Origin: a virus
Lineage: Duplodnaviria > Caudoviricetes
Virus record (IMG/VR): IMGVR_UViG_3300005601_000004
Coordinates: 1-45,719 of that record
Reading direction: 5' to 3' (one strand)
Length of the DNA: 45,719 nt
Part shown: piece by piece, positions 16,599-23,696 of the stretch
Position numbering within the stretch: position 1 is the stretch's first letter
Layout: each line of letters begins with the position of its first letter
Position numbers and translations under genes: made by a program
The notes under the pieces: generated by a model
The model's input: the letters and a program-made list of their open reading frames with translations, nothing else
What the model was told of the DNA's origin: nothing
The model's database searches: none

Positions 16599-17298
16599 AG
16601 CTGAACACCTTCAGGGCATCGTGGTCCATGGGCATTCCGTTCACGCAGCGGCGCGCATGGAACAGGACCATGGGCTTCTTGCTGAACGGGTCGCGGGTGA
16701 TGACAGTCTCGGCTGCCGAAGCGATCTGGTACGCCTCGCGGAACCCACCGAAAGCGAGGCTGCGATGCGGCACCTGGTCATCCTCGAACAACGGCCAGTC
16801 GAACAGACGACCGGGCACACCGTGACACGGCGGCGCCTGATAGACGAAGCGCCCATCGCCATCAGTGATGCGTTTGAGGTCGCGCAGCGTGTCAGGATGC
16901 GTCAGCCAGGACGCCTTGCTGCGATGACGAACGCTCAGCGCATAGACGAACGAGATGAGCGCGTCACTGCTCAGCTGTCCTGTCACGCGCTGATAGCTCG
17001 TGCTCGTGAACACGCCTTGAGGCTCGTCGCCTCGTGTGCCTGTCGCGAAGGCCTTGTTCTCCTCGCGAGTCAGCAGCATGTGCAGCTCCTCGTTGATCGA
17101 CGCAGTGACCGCCTCGATGGGCGTGTCGTCAATCCAGCGCTGAGGCCGTTCCACAAGTGCGTTGACCTCGGCGATGGGCTCGTACTCGGTGATGAGTGTG
17201 GTCGCCAGTTGACGCATGGTCGATGGCATGTAGGGCGAGTAGACAGACACGCGGCATTCGCTGCTGCCCCCATCGCGGTAGAAGTTGTAGTCGGTCAT
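16582..17298 (-). CDS. Truncated HK97-fold major capsid protein paralog (238 aa)
   Basis: Colinear similarity to the MCP at 28541: VYAL, D.DGR, G.P.RL, AFG.F..Y.I, RDPFS.KP, DA.K; GGAG SD before ATG 17298. Confidence 0.85.
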   Translation of the reverse strand: MTDYNFYRDGGSSECRVSVYSPYMPSTMRQLATTLITEYEPIAEVNALVERPQRWIDDTPIEAVTASINEELHMLLTREENKAFATGTRGDEPQGVFTSTSYQRVTGQLSSDALISFVYALSVRHRSKASWLTHPDTLRDLKRITDGDGRFVYQAPPCHGVPGRLFDWPLFEDDQVPHRSLAFGGFREAYQIASAAETVITRDPFSKKPMVLFHARRCVNGMPMDHDALKVFSYDHDR

Positions 17299-17309
17299 GG
17301 TTTTGCTCC

Positions 17310-17341
17310 AAAAAGAAAGAGGCGGGATTTGACCCCCGCCC
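17310..17341 (-). terminator. Intrinsic terminator directly upstream of the capsid paralog
   Basis: GGCGGG...CCCGCC stem followed by TCTTTCTTTTT. Confidence 0.7.
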
Positions 17342-17348
17342 CTTGGTT

Positions 17349-17495
17349 TCAGTTGATGAGAAGGTAGGCGGTGTAGCCGCAGACGCAGGCGCTGAGGAAG
17401 TACCCGATGCGCTTCTCGCGGGTGTTCCTGATCGACATGGCGGCGAGATATACCGTCCATGCCGACCAGAAGATGCCGAGTATCAGCTCAGCCAT
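17349..17495 (-). CDS. 48-aa two-helix membrane protein
   Basis: Hand-translated: MAELILGIFWSAWTVYLAAMSIRNTREKRIGYFLSACVCGYTAYLLIN; overlaps the upstream stop. Confidence 0.6.
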   Translation of the reverse strand: MAELILGIFWSAWTVYLAAMSIRNTREKRIGYFLSACVCGYTAYLLIN

Positions 17496-18246
17496 CAATG
17501 CCGCCGCGGGAGAACACCCAGCCGTCTTCGTCCTGGTCGGTGGCGAGCCATTCGAAGTAGTCCTCGTCCATCAGGTTGTTCCGGATGAGCACCGCGATGA
17601 TGGCGCCGTTGACAGAGACGATGTTGATGCCATCGCCGTGGATGCCCGGGCGGTAGTTGTCATCATCCACCTCGGCATACTGGTGGTCGAACGTCACGTC
17701 CGAGTAGTACGCCTGCAGCTCGCGGAACGCATGGGCCCAGAGCACGAGCGGGTTGACGTGACCGAACAGCGGGTCCTTGACCGGGGCGTCGAGCAGGTCC
17801 TGCAGGGTGATACGGATTTCGACGGGCTTGGGCTCGACGCCATCGAGGAGCGACTTGAGAAGGTCGCTGATGGAACCGGTCGGACGGGCGGGGGTGATGT
17901 AGAAGCCGGCGACTTCGCCGACCTTGTCCGCATGTTCCGGTGCGACCATCTTGGCGATGAGCGTGGCGAGCCGCATCAGGCAGGCTTCGTCGCCGCGCAT
18001 GTTCCGGGCGAACTCGTCGCTGACACGCGAGCGCTGACCCGGCTTCGGGTTCGAGTGGTAGTGCGCGAAGACCAGCTGGGACAGCTCGATCTCGGTATCG
18101 GTCAGATCATCGCGGTTGAGGTTGGTGACGTTCATGGGAAGCTCCTTGAAGCTGGGGACCTTGGATGTTATGCGTCCCGTGGTTGTGCCAAAGTGGCGGA
18201 GGTAGTGAGCAGCGATGCGCCGCTCGATGGAGGCGTAGTCGATCAC
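17488..18246 (-). CDS. Hypothetical protein with N-terminal PolA-motif-like peptide; second in-frame start at 18135
   Basis: GTGA coupling at 18246; AAGGAG SD before ATG 18135. Confidence 0.7.
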   Translation of the reverse strand: MIDYASIERRIAAHYLRHFGTTTGRITSKVPSFKELPMNVTNLNRDDLTDTEIELSQLVFAHYHSNPKPGQRSRVSDEFARNMRGDEACLMRLATLIAKMVAPEHADKVGEVAGFYITPARPTGSISDLLKSLLDGVEPKPVEIRITLQDLLDAPVKDPLFGHVNPLVLWAHAFRELQAYYSDVTFDHQYAEVDDDNYRPGIHGDGINIVSVNGAIIAVLIRNNLMDEDYFEWLATDQDEDGWVFSRGGIDG

Positions 18247-18434
18247 TTCGCCAGGCCTTCGACCGTGACCTTCAGGAACGGCGGCCACTCCTTCGTGGAG
18301 TCGAACACGTCCTTCCGGACATAGAGGGTCGGGATCGGCGAGGTGCCCTTGTCGTCATCGGGTGCCTGATACTGGAGCATGTTCTTCGTCTCCTTCTTGA
18401 ACGGCAGCTTGACGGTGGTAGTTGCGTTTGCCAT
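18243..18434 (-). CDS. Small beta-rich early protein
   Basis: AAGGAG SD; first gene after a promoter; KETKN..QY...TLYVRK. Confidence 0.75.
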   Translation of the reverse strand: MANATTTVKLPFKKETKNMLQYQAPDDDKGTSPIPTLYVRKDVFDSTKEWPPFLKVTVEGLAK

Positions 18435-18463
18435 CGGATGTCTCCTTTGTTTGAGGCAGTTAC

Positions 18464-18493
18464 GTTATACAAGACGAACGTGTGCCAGGTCAA
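18464..18493 (-). promoter_or_regulatory. Sigma70-type promoter
   Basis: TTGACC-N18-TATAAC with TG directly before the -10. Confidence 0.65.
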
Positions 18494-18498
18494 CGCCG

Positions 18499-19140
18499 TT
18501 AATCTGCGTCCTTCATGGTCTTGAATTTGACGCGCTTGTGATCGGGCCGGACATAGTCAGGGTCCTTGATGAATATGCCCCTGCCATCTTCTTCCTCGAG
18601 CCAGCCCCAGTCCTTCGCGAGCGCGAGCAGTTGCATTCGCACCCTGTGGAAGTTGCGCCCGTGATCGCGAGCATCGACATAGCCCTTGTCCTTCATGTCG
18701 CGGTAGGCGTTCTGGGTGAGTTTTCTCGACGGCTTGTAGGTTCGGGTTTTGCCGACGGTACTCCATTGCTGCTCGTTCTCCTTGGCCTGCAGGAACAGGT
18801 CCAGGTCACTCGGGTCCAAGTCGTCCATGACCTCGTGCATCTTGTCGCGGTACTTCCGCGGTATCTCCAGCGATGTCACCCACCGGTAGTATGTCGGGCT
18901 GGTGATGTCGAACTCCTCGCAGAAGTCCTTGTGCGTCCAGCCCTCGACGTAGCAGAGATACATCGGGATGGTGATGGTGGGTTTCGCATCCTTGAACAGC
19001 AATGCCCACAGTGAACGTGTCTGGGCGGCGCGGGAGTCCTTGAAGTCGAAGTACGCCTGGAGCGCGGTGACATGGGTATTCCTGTTCTTGCGTTTGTTGC
19101 GAATGCCGAGGCCTCGCAGTGCCTGCTTGATGTCGTCCAT
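18499..19140 (-). CDS. HTH-containing DNA-binding protein
   Basis: WTHKDFCEEFDITSPTYYRW is XRE-like HTH; AAAGGA SD. Confidence 0.6.
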   Translation of the reverse strand: MDDIKQALRGLGIRNKRKNRNTHVTALQAYFDFKDSRAAQTRSLWALLFKDAKPTITIPMYLCYVEGWTHKDFCEEFDITSPTYYRWVTSLEIPRKYRDKMHEVMDDLDPSDLDLFLQAKENEQQWSTVGKTRTYKPSRKLTQNAYRDMKDKGYVDARDHGRNFHRVRMQLLALAKDWGWLEEEDGRGIFIKDPDYVRPDHKRVKFKTMKDAD

Positions 19141-19163
19141 CTCGTGTCCTTTCGTCAAAACTA

Positions 19164-19460
19164 ACTCACGACTTATACCATTCATCGACACTGGAACTCA
19201 ACATACTACCGGAAAATATGTTCTGCCGTGTGAAAACAATGACTTAGGCATGAAACCCTTGGGCATTACGTCGAATACCGTCGCATCTCACGTCGAATAC
19301 CATATCGACTTACATATTGTACCAAGTCGCGGAAATAGGTAGGCGTTTTCCTGTGGAGAATGCAATCGAGGATTTGAGCGAGGGCATTGATGATATTGAA
19401 TAAATCGTGAAATGGTATGTAAAAAAGAGTGCATTCAAGCACATGGTATAAGTCGTGAGT
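19164..19460. repeat. 18-bp perfect inverted repeat bracketing an AT-richer non-coding segment
   Basis: ACTCACGACTTATACCAT (19164-19181) / ATGGTATAAGTCGTGAGT (19443-19460); internal direct repeat CGTCGAATACC at 19269 and 19291. Confidence 0.85.
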
Positions 19461-19504
19461 AAGTTCATGGTATGAAACGTGAGTCGATTTCGTACCAAAC
19501 GTAA

Positions 19505-19531
19505 GAAAAAAGGCCCCTCAAAAGAGGGACC
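19505..19531 (-). terminator. Intrinsic terminator
   Basis: GGTCCCTC-TTTT-GAGGGGCC followed by TTTTTT. Confidence 0.75.
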
Positions 19532-19606
19532 ATATCCAGTGTATGAGCGGGTAGAACTGAGCGAACAAGATGAGCAGGCTCAGTGGCAGGATGATGCCGT
19601 TCTCGA

Positions 19607-20284
19607 TCAGCCTTTGCCGAAGAGTTCGGTGATCGTCTTGACAGTCGGGTCCGAGGTCTTGAACGTCCAGCCCCCCTCCGGCTTCTTGATACCAGCTTTG
19701 CGCAGCATCTGTCGGGCCTTGTTCGCAGGGATACCAGCTTCCGCTGCCAGGATCGCTACCGTCGTCATGCCCGATGGGGCTTCCTTCTGGCTGCGGTGCC
19801 TGTTCGGCGTTTTGGGCTTGGAGGCTTTCTTGGAAGGCTCGGGCTCCGGGGAAGAGTCGGTCGTATTCTCTTCGGAGTCGGTATTGTGCGAGGCTAACGA
19901 CCTTTGGTCCCAGAAGTGGGTCAGTCGTTCGAGCTGGGCGCTGTCGGGGTATGGTGGGGTCCATTCGGCTTCCTCCTTGGTGGGTTCGTACTCGATGACG
20001 TCTTGGATGTGATGCTCGCGGATGCTGAGCGTGAAGCCGGTATCGCGGTGCGTGAATACCAGCGTGTACTCGTCCTTCCAGGATTGAGTGCATGAGTCCG
20101 CGCAGGCGGTGATGATTGTGTCCAGCCAGTAGTGGGCTGCGTAGGCGGTGCGAAAGGCGTGAGTGAAGAACCGCACGTTCTCGCCGTCAGCATTGTTGGT
20201 GCTGAAGAACGGGTGGTACCGCGGAGTCCGCGTAGGTGAGGAAACGTACTCGGCTTCGATGCCGCTAGTCTTTGTCTTGGCCAT
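19607..20284 (-). CDS. Hypothetical protein with C-terminal HTH-like domain
   Basis: AAGGAG SD; C-term TTVAILAAEAGIPANKARQMLRKAG...WTF. Confidence 0.7.
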   Translation of the reverse strand: MAKTKTSGIEAEYVSSPTRTPRYHPFFSTNNADGENVRFFTHAFRTAYAAHYWLDTIITACADSCTQSWKDEYTLVFTHRDTGFTLSIREHHIQDVIEYEPTKEEAEWTPPYPDSAQLERLTHFWDQRSLASHNTDSEENTTDSSPEPEPSKKASKPKTPNRHRSQKEAPSGMTTVAILAAEAGIPANKARQMLRKAGIKKPEGGWTFKTSDPTVKTITELFGKG

Positions 20285-20462
20285 GTGCCTTCTCCTTCAT
20301 CTGTGCAGCCAGTGCCCGGACTTCGACCAACTGAGGGTCGTCCGGCTTCCACTTCCAGCGCTGGTTGCGTTTGTGCTTGAGGTTTGCCCTGAGCTTTTGC
20401 CGCAGGGGGTATGCGTCGAGGTCGTACTCGCGGCATATGTGTTTGAGGGTGATTGTCTCCAT
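20265..20462 (-). CDS. Small HTH-like protein
   Basis: METITLKHICREYDLDAYPLRQKLR...WKW; GGAG SD and promoter upstream. Confidence 0.7.
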   Translation of the reverse strand: METITLKHICREYDLDAYPLRQKLRANLKHKRNQRWKWKPDDPQLVEVRALAAQMKEKAHGQDKD

Positions 20463-20492
20463 TCGATGTTGCTCCAGTGTTGATCGAATTGC

Positions 20493-20521
20493 AGTATAAA
20501 GACTTTGTCTGCCATTGTAAA
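20493..20521 (-). promoter_or_regulatory. Sigma70-type early promoter (leftward)
   Basis: TTTACA-N17-TATACT. Confidence 0.65.
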
Positions 20522-20560
20522 CCTGCGGATTGAAAAATCTTGCTTGCGGTGGGATTTCTG

Positions 20561-20589
20561 TTGAAATGGCGATTATAGTCTTGTATCGT
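20561..20589 (+). promoter_or_regulatory. Sigma70-type early promoter (rightward)
   Basis: TTGAAA-N17-TATCGT upstream of an AGGAGG SD. Confidence 0.6.
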
Positions 20590-20623
20590 GTATGTGTTGA
20601 AACGAAAAACGTAGGAGGTTGCA

Positions 20624-20971
20624 ATGGCAACTGTCGCTGAACAAATCCGTAACCGGTTCCCGCAGATCGCGGATATGCCGAACCTGATCGAGGATGCCGT
20701 TGAGCACCTGATCGAACATGCGGTCGAATGTGACGAGGCTGGCGGGTCCGGCTGGAACCAGCTGGCACTGGTCGTGAATGGTCAGGTGCCGTTGGCACTG
20801 CTCCGTGAGGCTGTCGAACTGATGATGACGCGGGAGGCTGGGCATATGCTCGACGCTATGCGCGGTGTCATCGCTGGGCGTTTGCTCGAGGGGCTGGATG
20901 AGGATGATGTCACTCATTACTTCCGCATCCGCGACGCTTACAACGGCCTTAGCAATGCGGGGTTGATCTGA
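20624..20971 (+). CDS. Hypothetical early protein
   Basis: AGGAGG SD; 115 aa. Confidence 0.75.
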   Translation: MATVAEQIRNRFPQIADMPNLIEDAVEHLIEHAVECDEAGGSGWNQLALVVNGQVPLALLREAVELMMTREAGHMLDAMRGVIAGRLLEGLDEDDVTHYFRIRDAYNGLSNAGLI

Positions 20972-21393
20972 TGCAGTGGATCATCATCACCAAGCCGATT
21001 GGCGGCCTGAACGCTGACCAGGAATTTACCGGTCCGTTCGACACATACGACCAGGCCATGGATCACTTCGTCACTATGGGCCCGGCAAGCAGCTACGAGC
21101 ACAAGTACATCACGGAGCTTTTCACCGCAGCTGAGCGGGCGAGGATTTCGGGAACTGAGGAGGTTTCGGGAATTGACCCGCTTGCCAGGAATAGTGATGA
21201 GCCTGCGGACATCGAACGAGTGCCAGCTGAATGGCGTGAGGCCGTGATGGCGGAACTCATGCAGGAAGCGGCCGATATGTCGTCCAAGGAGCTGGCGTTC
21301 CTGCTGCTCGAAGGTATGGACATGGCAGAGCTGAATGAACGTGTCCGGGAGCTGAAAGCCGACAGTCCCGAAAGCGAAACGGTGATGCACTAG
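20971..21393 (+). CDS. Acidic hypothetical early protein
   Basis: TGATG coupling; E/D-rich helical sequence. Confidence 0.75.
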   Translation: MQWIIITKPIGGLNADQEFTGPFDTYDQAMDHFVTMGPASSYEHKYITELFTAAERARISGTEEVSGIDPLARNSDEPADIERVPAEWREAVMAELMQEAADMSSKELAFLLLEGMDMAELNERVRELKADSPESETVMH

Positions 21394-21714
21394 CCTCCTG
21401 TGGATCAGTAGACTCTAGGGCCGGTATGGCCGCATCTGGGACTGACAGTAGAGACTGCAAATAAGCCCCGGGGCATACGGCCATACGTGCGCGCGGCCGC
21501 GTTGGGGCAGGGCCCTAGTTGCCGGTAGCTCTGCCTAGCCAGGGCCATAGGTCTAAGCTCTACGCAGCCAGGGCCGCAGCCCGCGGCACCGCAGGTGATG
21601 GGTCAAGCATCTTGCCCTATCTCGGACCTGCGCTCGCGCCTATCCGATTGCAGACCGAATGTCAACGGGAACCAAACCCCAACGGAGAAATAAAATAAAT
21701 CTTGCCTCGATCCG

Positions 21715-21743
21715 TTGACAACGGCATTGGGAGTGCGTATATT
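21715..21743 (+). promoter_or_regulatory. Strong sigma70-type promoter
   Basis: TTGACA-N17-TATATT with an A-rich tract upstream. Confidence 0.75.
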
Positions 21744-21802
21744 CAAATCATCGAAACGCAATACCGCGTCTCGCCAACACCGTGATAAAAGGAAAACACG
21801 AT

Positions 21803-22249
21803 ATGACCACCGCAACCGAAAACACCCCCGCCACCGAAACCGTCGCCGTCACCAAACTGTCCCCCGGACGTGCTCGCGGCGTCACCAAGAAAACCGCACC
21901 TCAGACCGTCGCCAAGGTGACACGTGGTCAGAAGGCAGCGGGTATGACGAACGCACCGAAGCGCGGCAAGAAGCAGGACGATACGAAGGCGCCGACGAAG
22001 CGCAATGCCAAGGCACCTGCCACGAAGCGCACGGCGAAGGACAAGGCACCTGCCAAGGCGAAGGCGTCGGGCAACACGCTCACCACCGTTGACATCGCCG
22101 AGCAGCACGACATGAACGCCAAGACGCTGCGCGCTCGCATCCGTCGCAACATCGACAAGTGGGAGCCGCTGTTCAAGGACGGTGAACGCCACGTCTTCGC
22201 CGACAACGCCACCACGCGCAAGGCAATCGCCGCATTGCTCGACGCATAA
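21803..22249 (+). CDS. Lys/Ala-rich protein with C-terminal HTH-like domain
   Basis: KAPATK-type low-complexity arm, then LTTVDIAEQHDMNAKTLRARIRR. Confidence 0.8.
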   Translation: MTTATENTPATETVAVTKLSPGRARGVTKKTAPQTVAKVTRGQKAAGMTNAPKRGKKQDDTKAPTKRNAKAPATKRTAKDKAPAKAKASGNTLTTVDIAEQHDMNAKTLRARIRRNIDKWEPLFKDGERHVFADNATTRKAIAALLDA

Positions 22250-22305
22250 CACGGCACCGGGTGCGGGGGCACATGCCCCTGCCCCACTCTGTAACAATTT
22301 GTGAT

Positions 22306-22340
22306 CGCCCCGCCATTGACATGGTGCGGGCGGTTTTTTC
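22306..22340 (+). terminator. Intrinsic terminator
   Basis: CGCCCCGCCAT-TGAC-ATGGTGCGGGCG followed by TTTTTT. Confidence 0.7.
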
Positions 22341-22487
22341 ATGGACAGGGCCCCATACGGCGGACCGGTACCGATCTCTAGCCCCAAGGTTTTGGCCCCC
22401 TAGCTTCTCTTGTTTGAGAGAGTATTGGTACTGACAAACTCTCACTCCTGCTGATATACTGCTCGGGCGAAACCAAGGAGTACCGCT

Positions 22488-22733
22488 ATGAAAACCAACA
22501 ACCGCATGAACGATGCCGAGCGCAAAGCCGCTTGGGAAACGGTCGACACACTGGAAGAGGCTGTCGAAGAAGCCCTCGCTCACCCGGAGTTCGCCGCCAG
22601 CAGTGATCCCTACTACTCGGACATGACCGACGCCATCTGGGCGATGATCGCACGGTGCCACCAGCGACCGGCTCTCACTGACACTACTCCCATCCCGGAT
22701 CGTGTCAAGCTGCTGCCCAGGGCTGGCCAATGA
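22488..22733 (+). CDS. Hypothetical protein
   Basis: AAGGAG SD; CTGACA-N18-TATACT upstream (22431-22460). Confidence 0.7.
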   Translation: MKTNNRMNDAERKAAWETVDTLEEAVEEALAHPEFAASSDPYYSDMTDAIWAMIARCHQRPALTDTTPIPDRVKLLPRAGQ

Positions 22734-23053
22734 CTCGGAAGTGGGGCGAAGGAGCAGCAGGCCTGACCGAGCTGGTTCGTCACAGTCGCATCAAAGTGGC
22801 TGTGGCGGCCTGGGCCTATGAGAACGGCTTCCCGCCGATCATGTCGGACGCAGCCTATGACGAGCTGTCAAAGCTGGTCGATGCCGAGAGAGCTATTGCG
22901 ACGGGCAACAGCCGGCTCGATAATTTCTTCCGGCGGCACTTCAGCCCAGACACTGGCATCTGGATCCATGGTCATCCCGACAAAGCTGGGTTGGAAAACA
23001 TATATGCGCGTTACTACCAACGGAAGAAGCGGCGGAAACGTCGTCGCCGTTGA
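22730..23053 (+). CDS. Stand-alone NAD-dependent DNA ligase domain Ia-like protein
   Basis: AYE...PIMSDAAYDEL resembles the LigA Ia motif Y....P.ISD.EYD.L; basic C-terminal tail. Confidence 0.65.
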   Translation: MTRKWGEGAAGLTELVRHSRIKVAVAAWAYENGFPPIMSDAAYDELSKLVDAERAIATGNSRLDNFFRRHFSPDTGIWIHGHPDKAGLENIYARYYQRKKRRKRRRR

Positions 23054-23078
23054 CAAACCGCACAAAACTCGGCACAAT
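23050..23078 (+). promoter_or_regulatory. Promoter for terminase genes
   Basis: TTGACA-N17-CACAAT. Confidence 0.55.
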
Positions 23079-23108
23079 GGCTCAAATCTCTCGGGAAGGA
23101 GCCATTGC

Positions 23109-23696
23109 ATGCCCAGGCGAAAGAAACCACTGGTCAATGACCCACTTGCCCCGACCAAGCACCGCGTAAAGCTGCCGTCGGGTAAGAAACTCACCATCAA
23201 ACGCAAAAAGGCCTACGATAAAGGCCGCTTCGATGCCCAGATGCGCGAGCAGTATCTGGCGCTGATCCGCGAGGGCGTCACGAACAAGGACGCTGCTGCA
23301 GCATGCGGCTGTGGAACCAAGTACTTCCAGCGACGGCGCAAAGAAGACCCACAATTCGAAGCTGACTATCAGGACGCACGGGCCGACGGCGATGATGTCA
23401 TCCGTGCTGAGGTCCACAGACGCGGTGTTGACGGCGTGAAGCGCGCCATCTACCACGACGGCAAAGTCGTCGGGCACAAGCAGGAGTACTCGGACCAGCT
23501 GCTCATGTTCTTGGCGAAGTCCCGGATGCCGACCGAGTTCGGCGACAAGCAGACCGTCGATCACATCCACAAGTTCGAGGGCGCAGCGGAACAACTGGTC
23601 GACAAGATCGCCACGATGCTCAGCGTTCCGGTCCCGGCACTCCCACCGCGGAACCCCGACGTGATCGACGCTGACTATGAGGAGGTGGAAGAATGA
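23109..23696 (+). CDS. terS: Terminase small subunit
   Basis: HTH, D.QF...Y, E..RRG..G, YSDQLLMFL; immediately upstream of TerL. Confidence 0.8.
   Translation: MPRRKKPLVNDPLAPTKHRVKLPSGKKLTIKRKKAYDKGRFDAQMREQYLALIREGVTNKDAAAACGCGTKYFQRRRKEDPQFEADYQDARADGDDVIRAEVHRRGVDGVKRAIYHDGKVVGHKQEYSDQLLMFLAKSRMPTEFGDKQTVDHIHKFEGAAEQLVDKIATMLSVPVPALPPRNPDVIDADYEEVEE

Noticed and set aside
19479-20093. ORFs 19479-20012 (+) and 19518-20093 (-)
   Set aside because: They overlap the better supported 19607-20284 gene and run through a terminator hairpin; no SD
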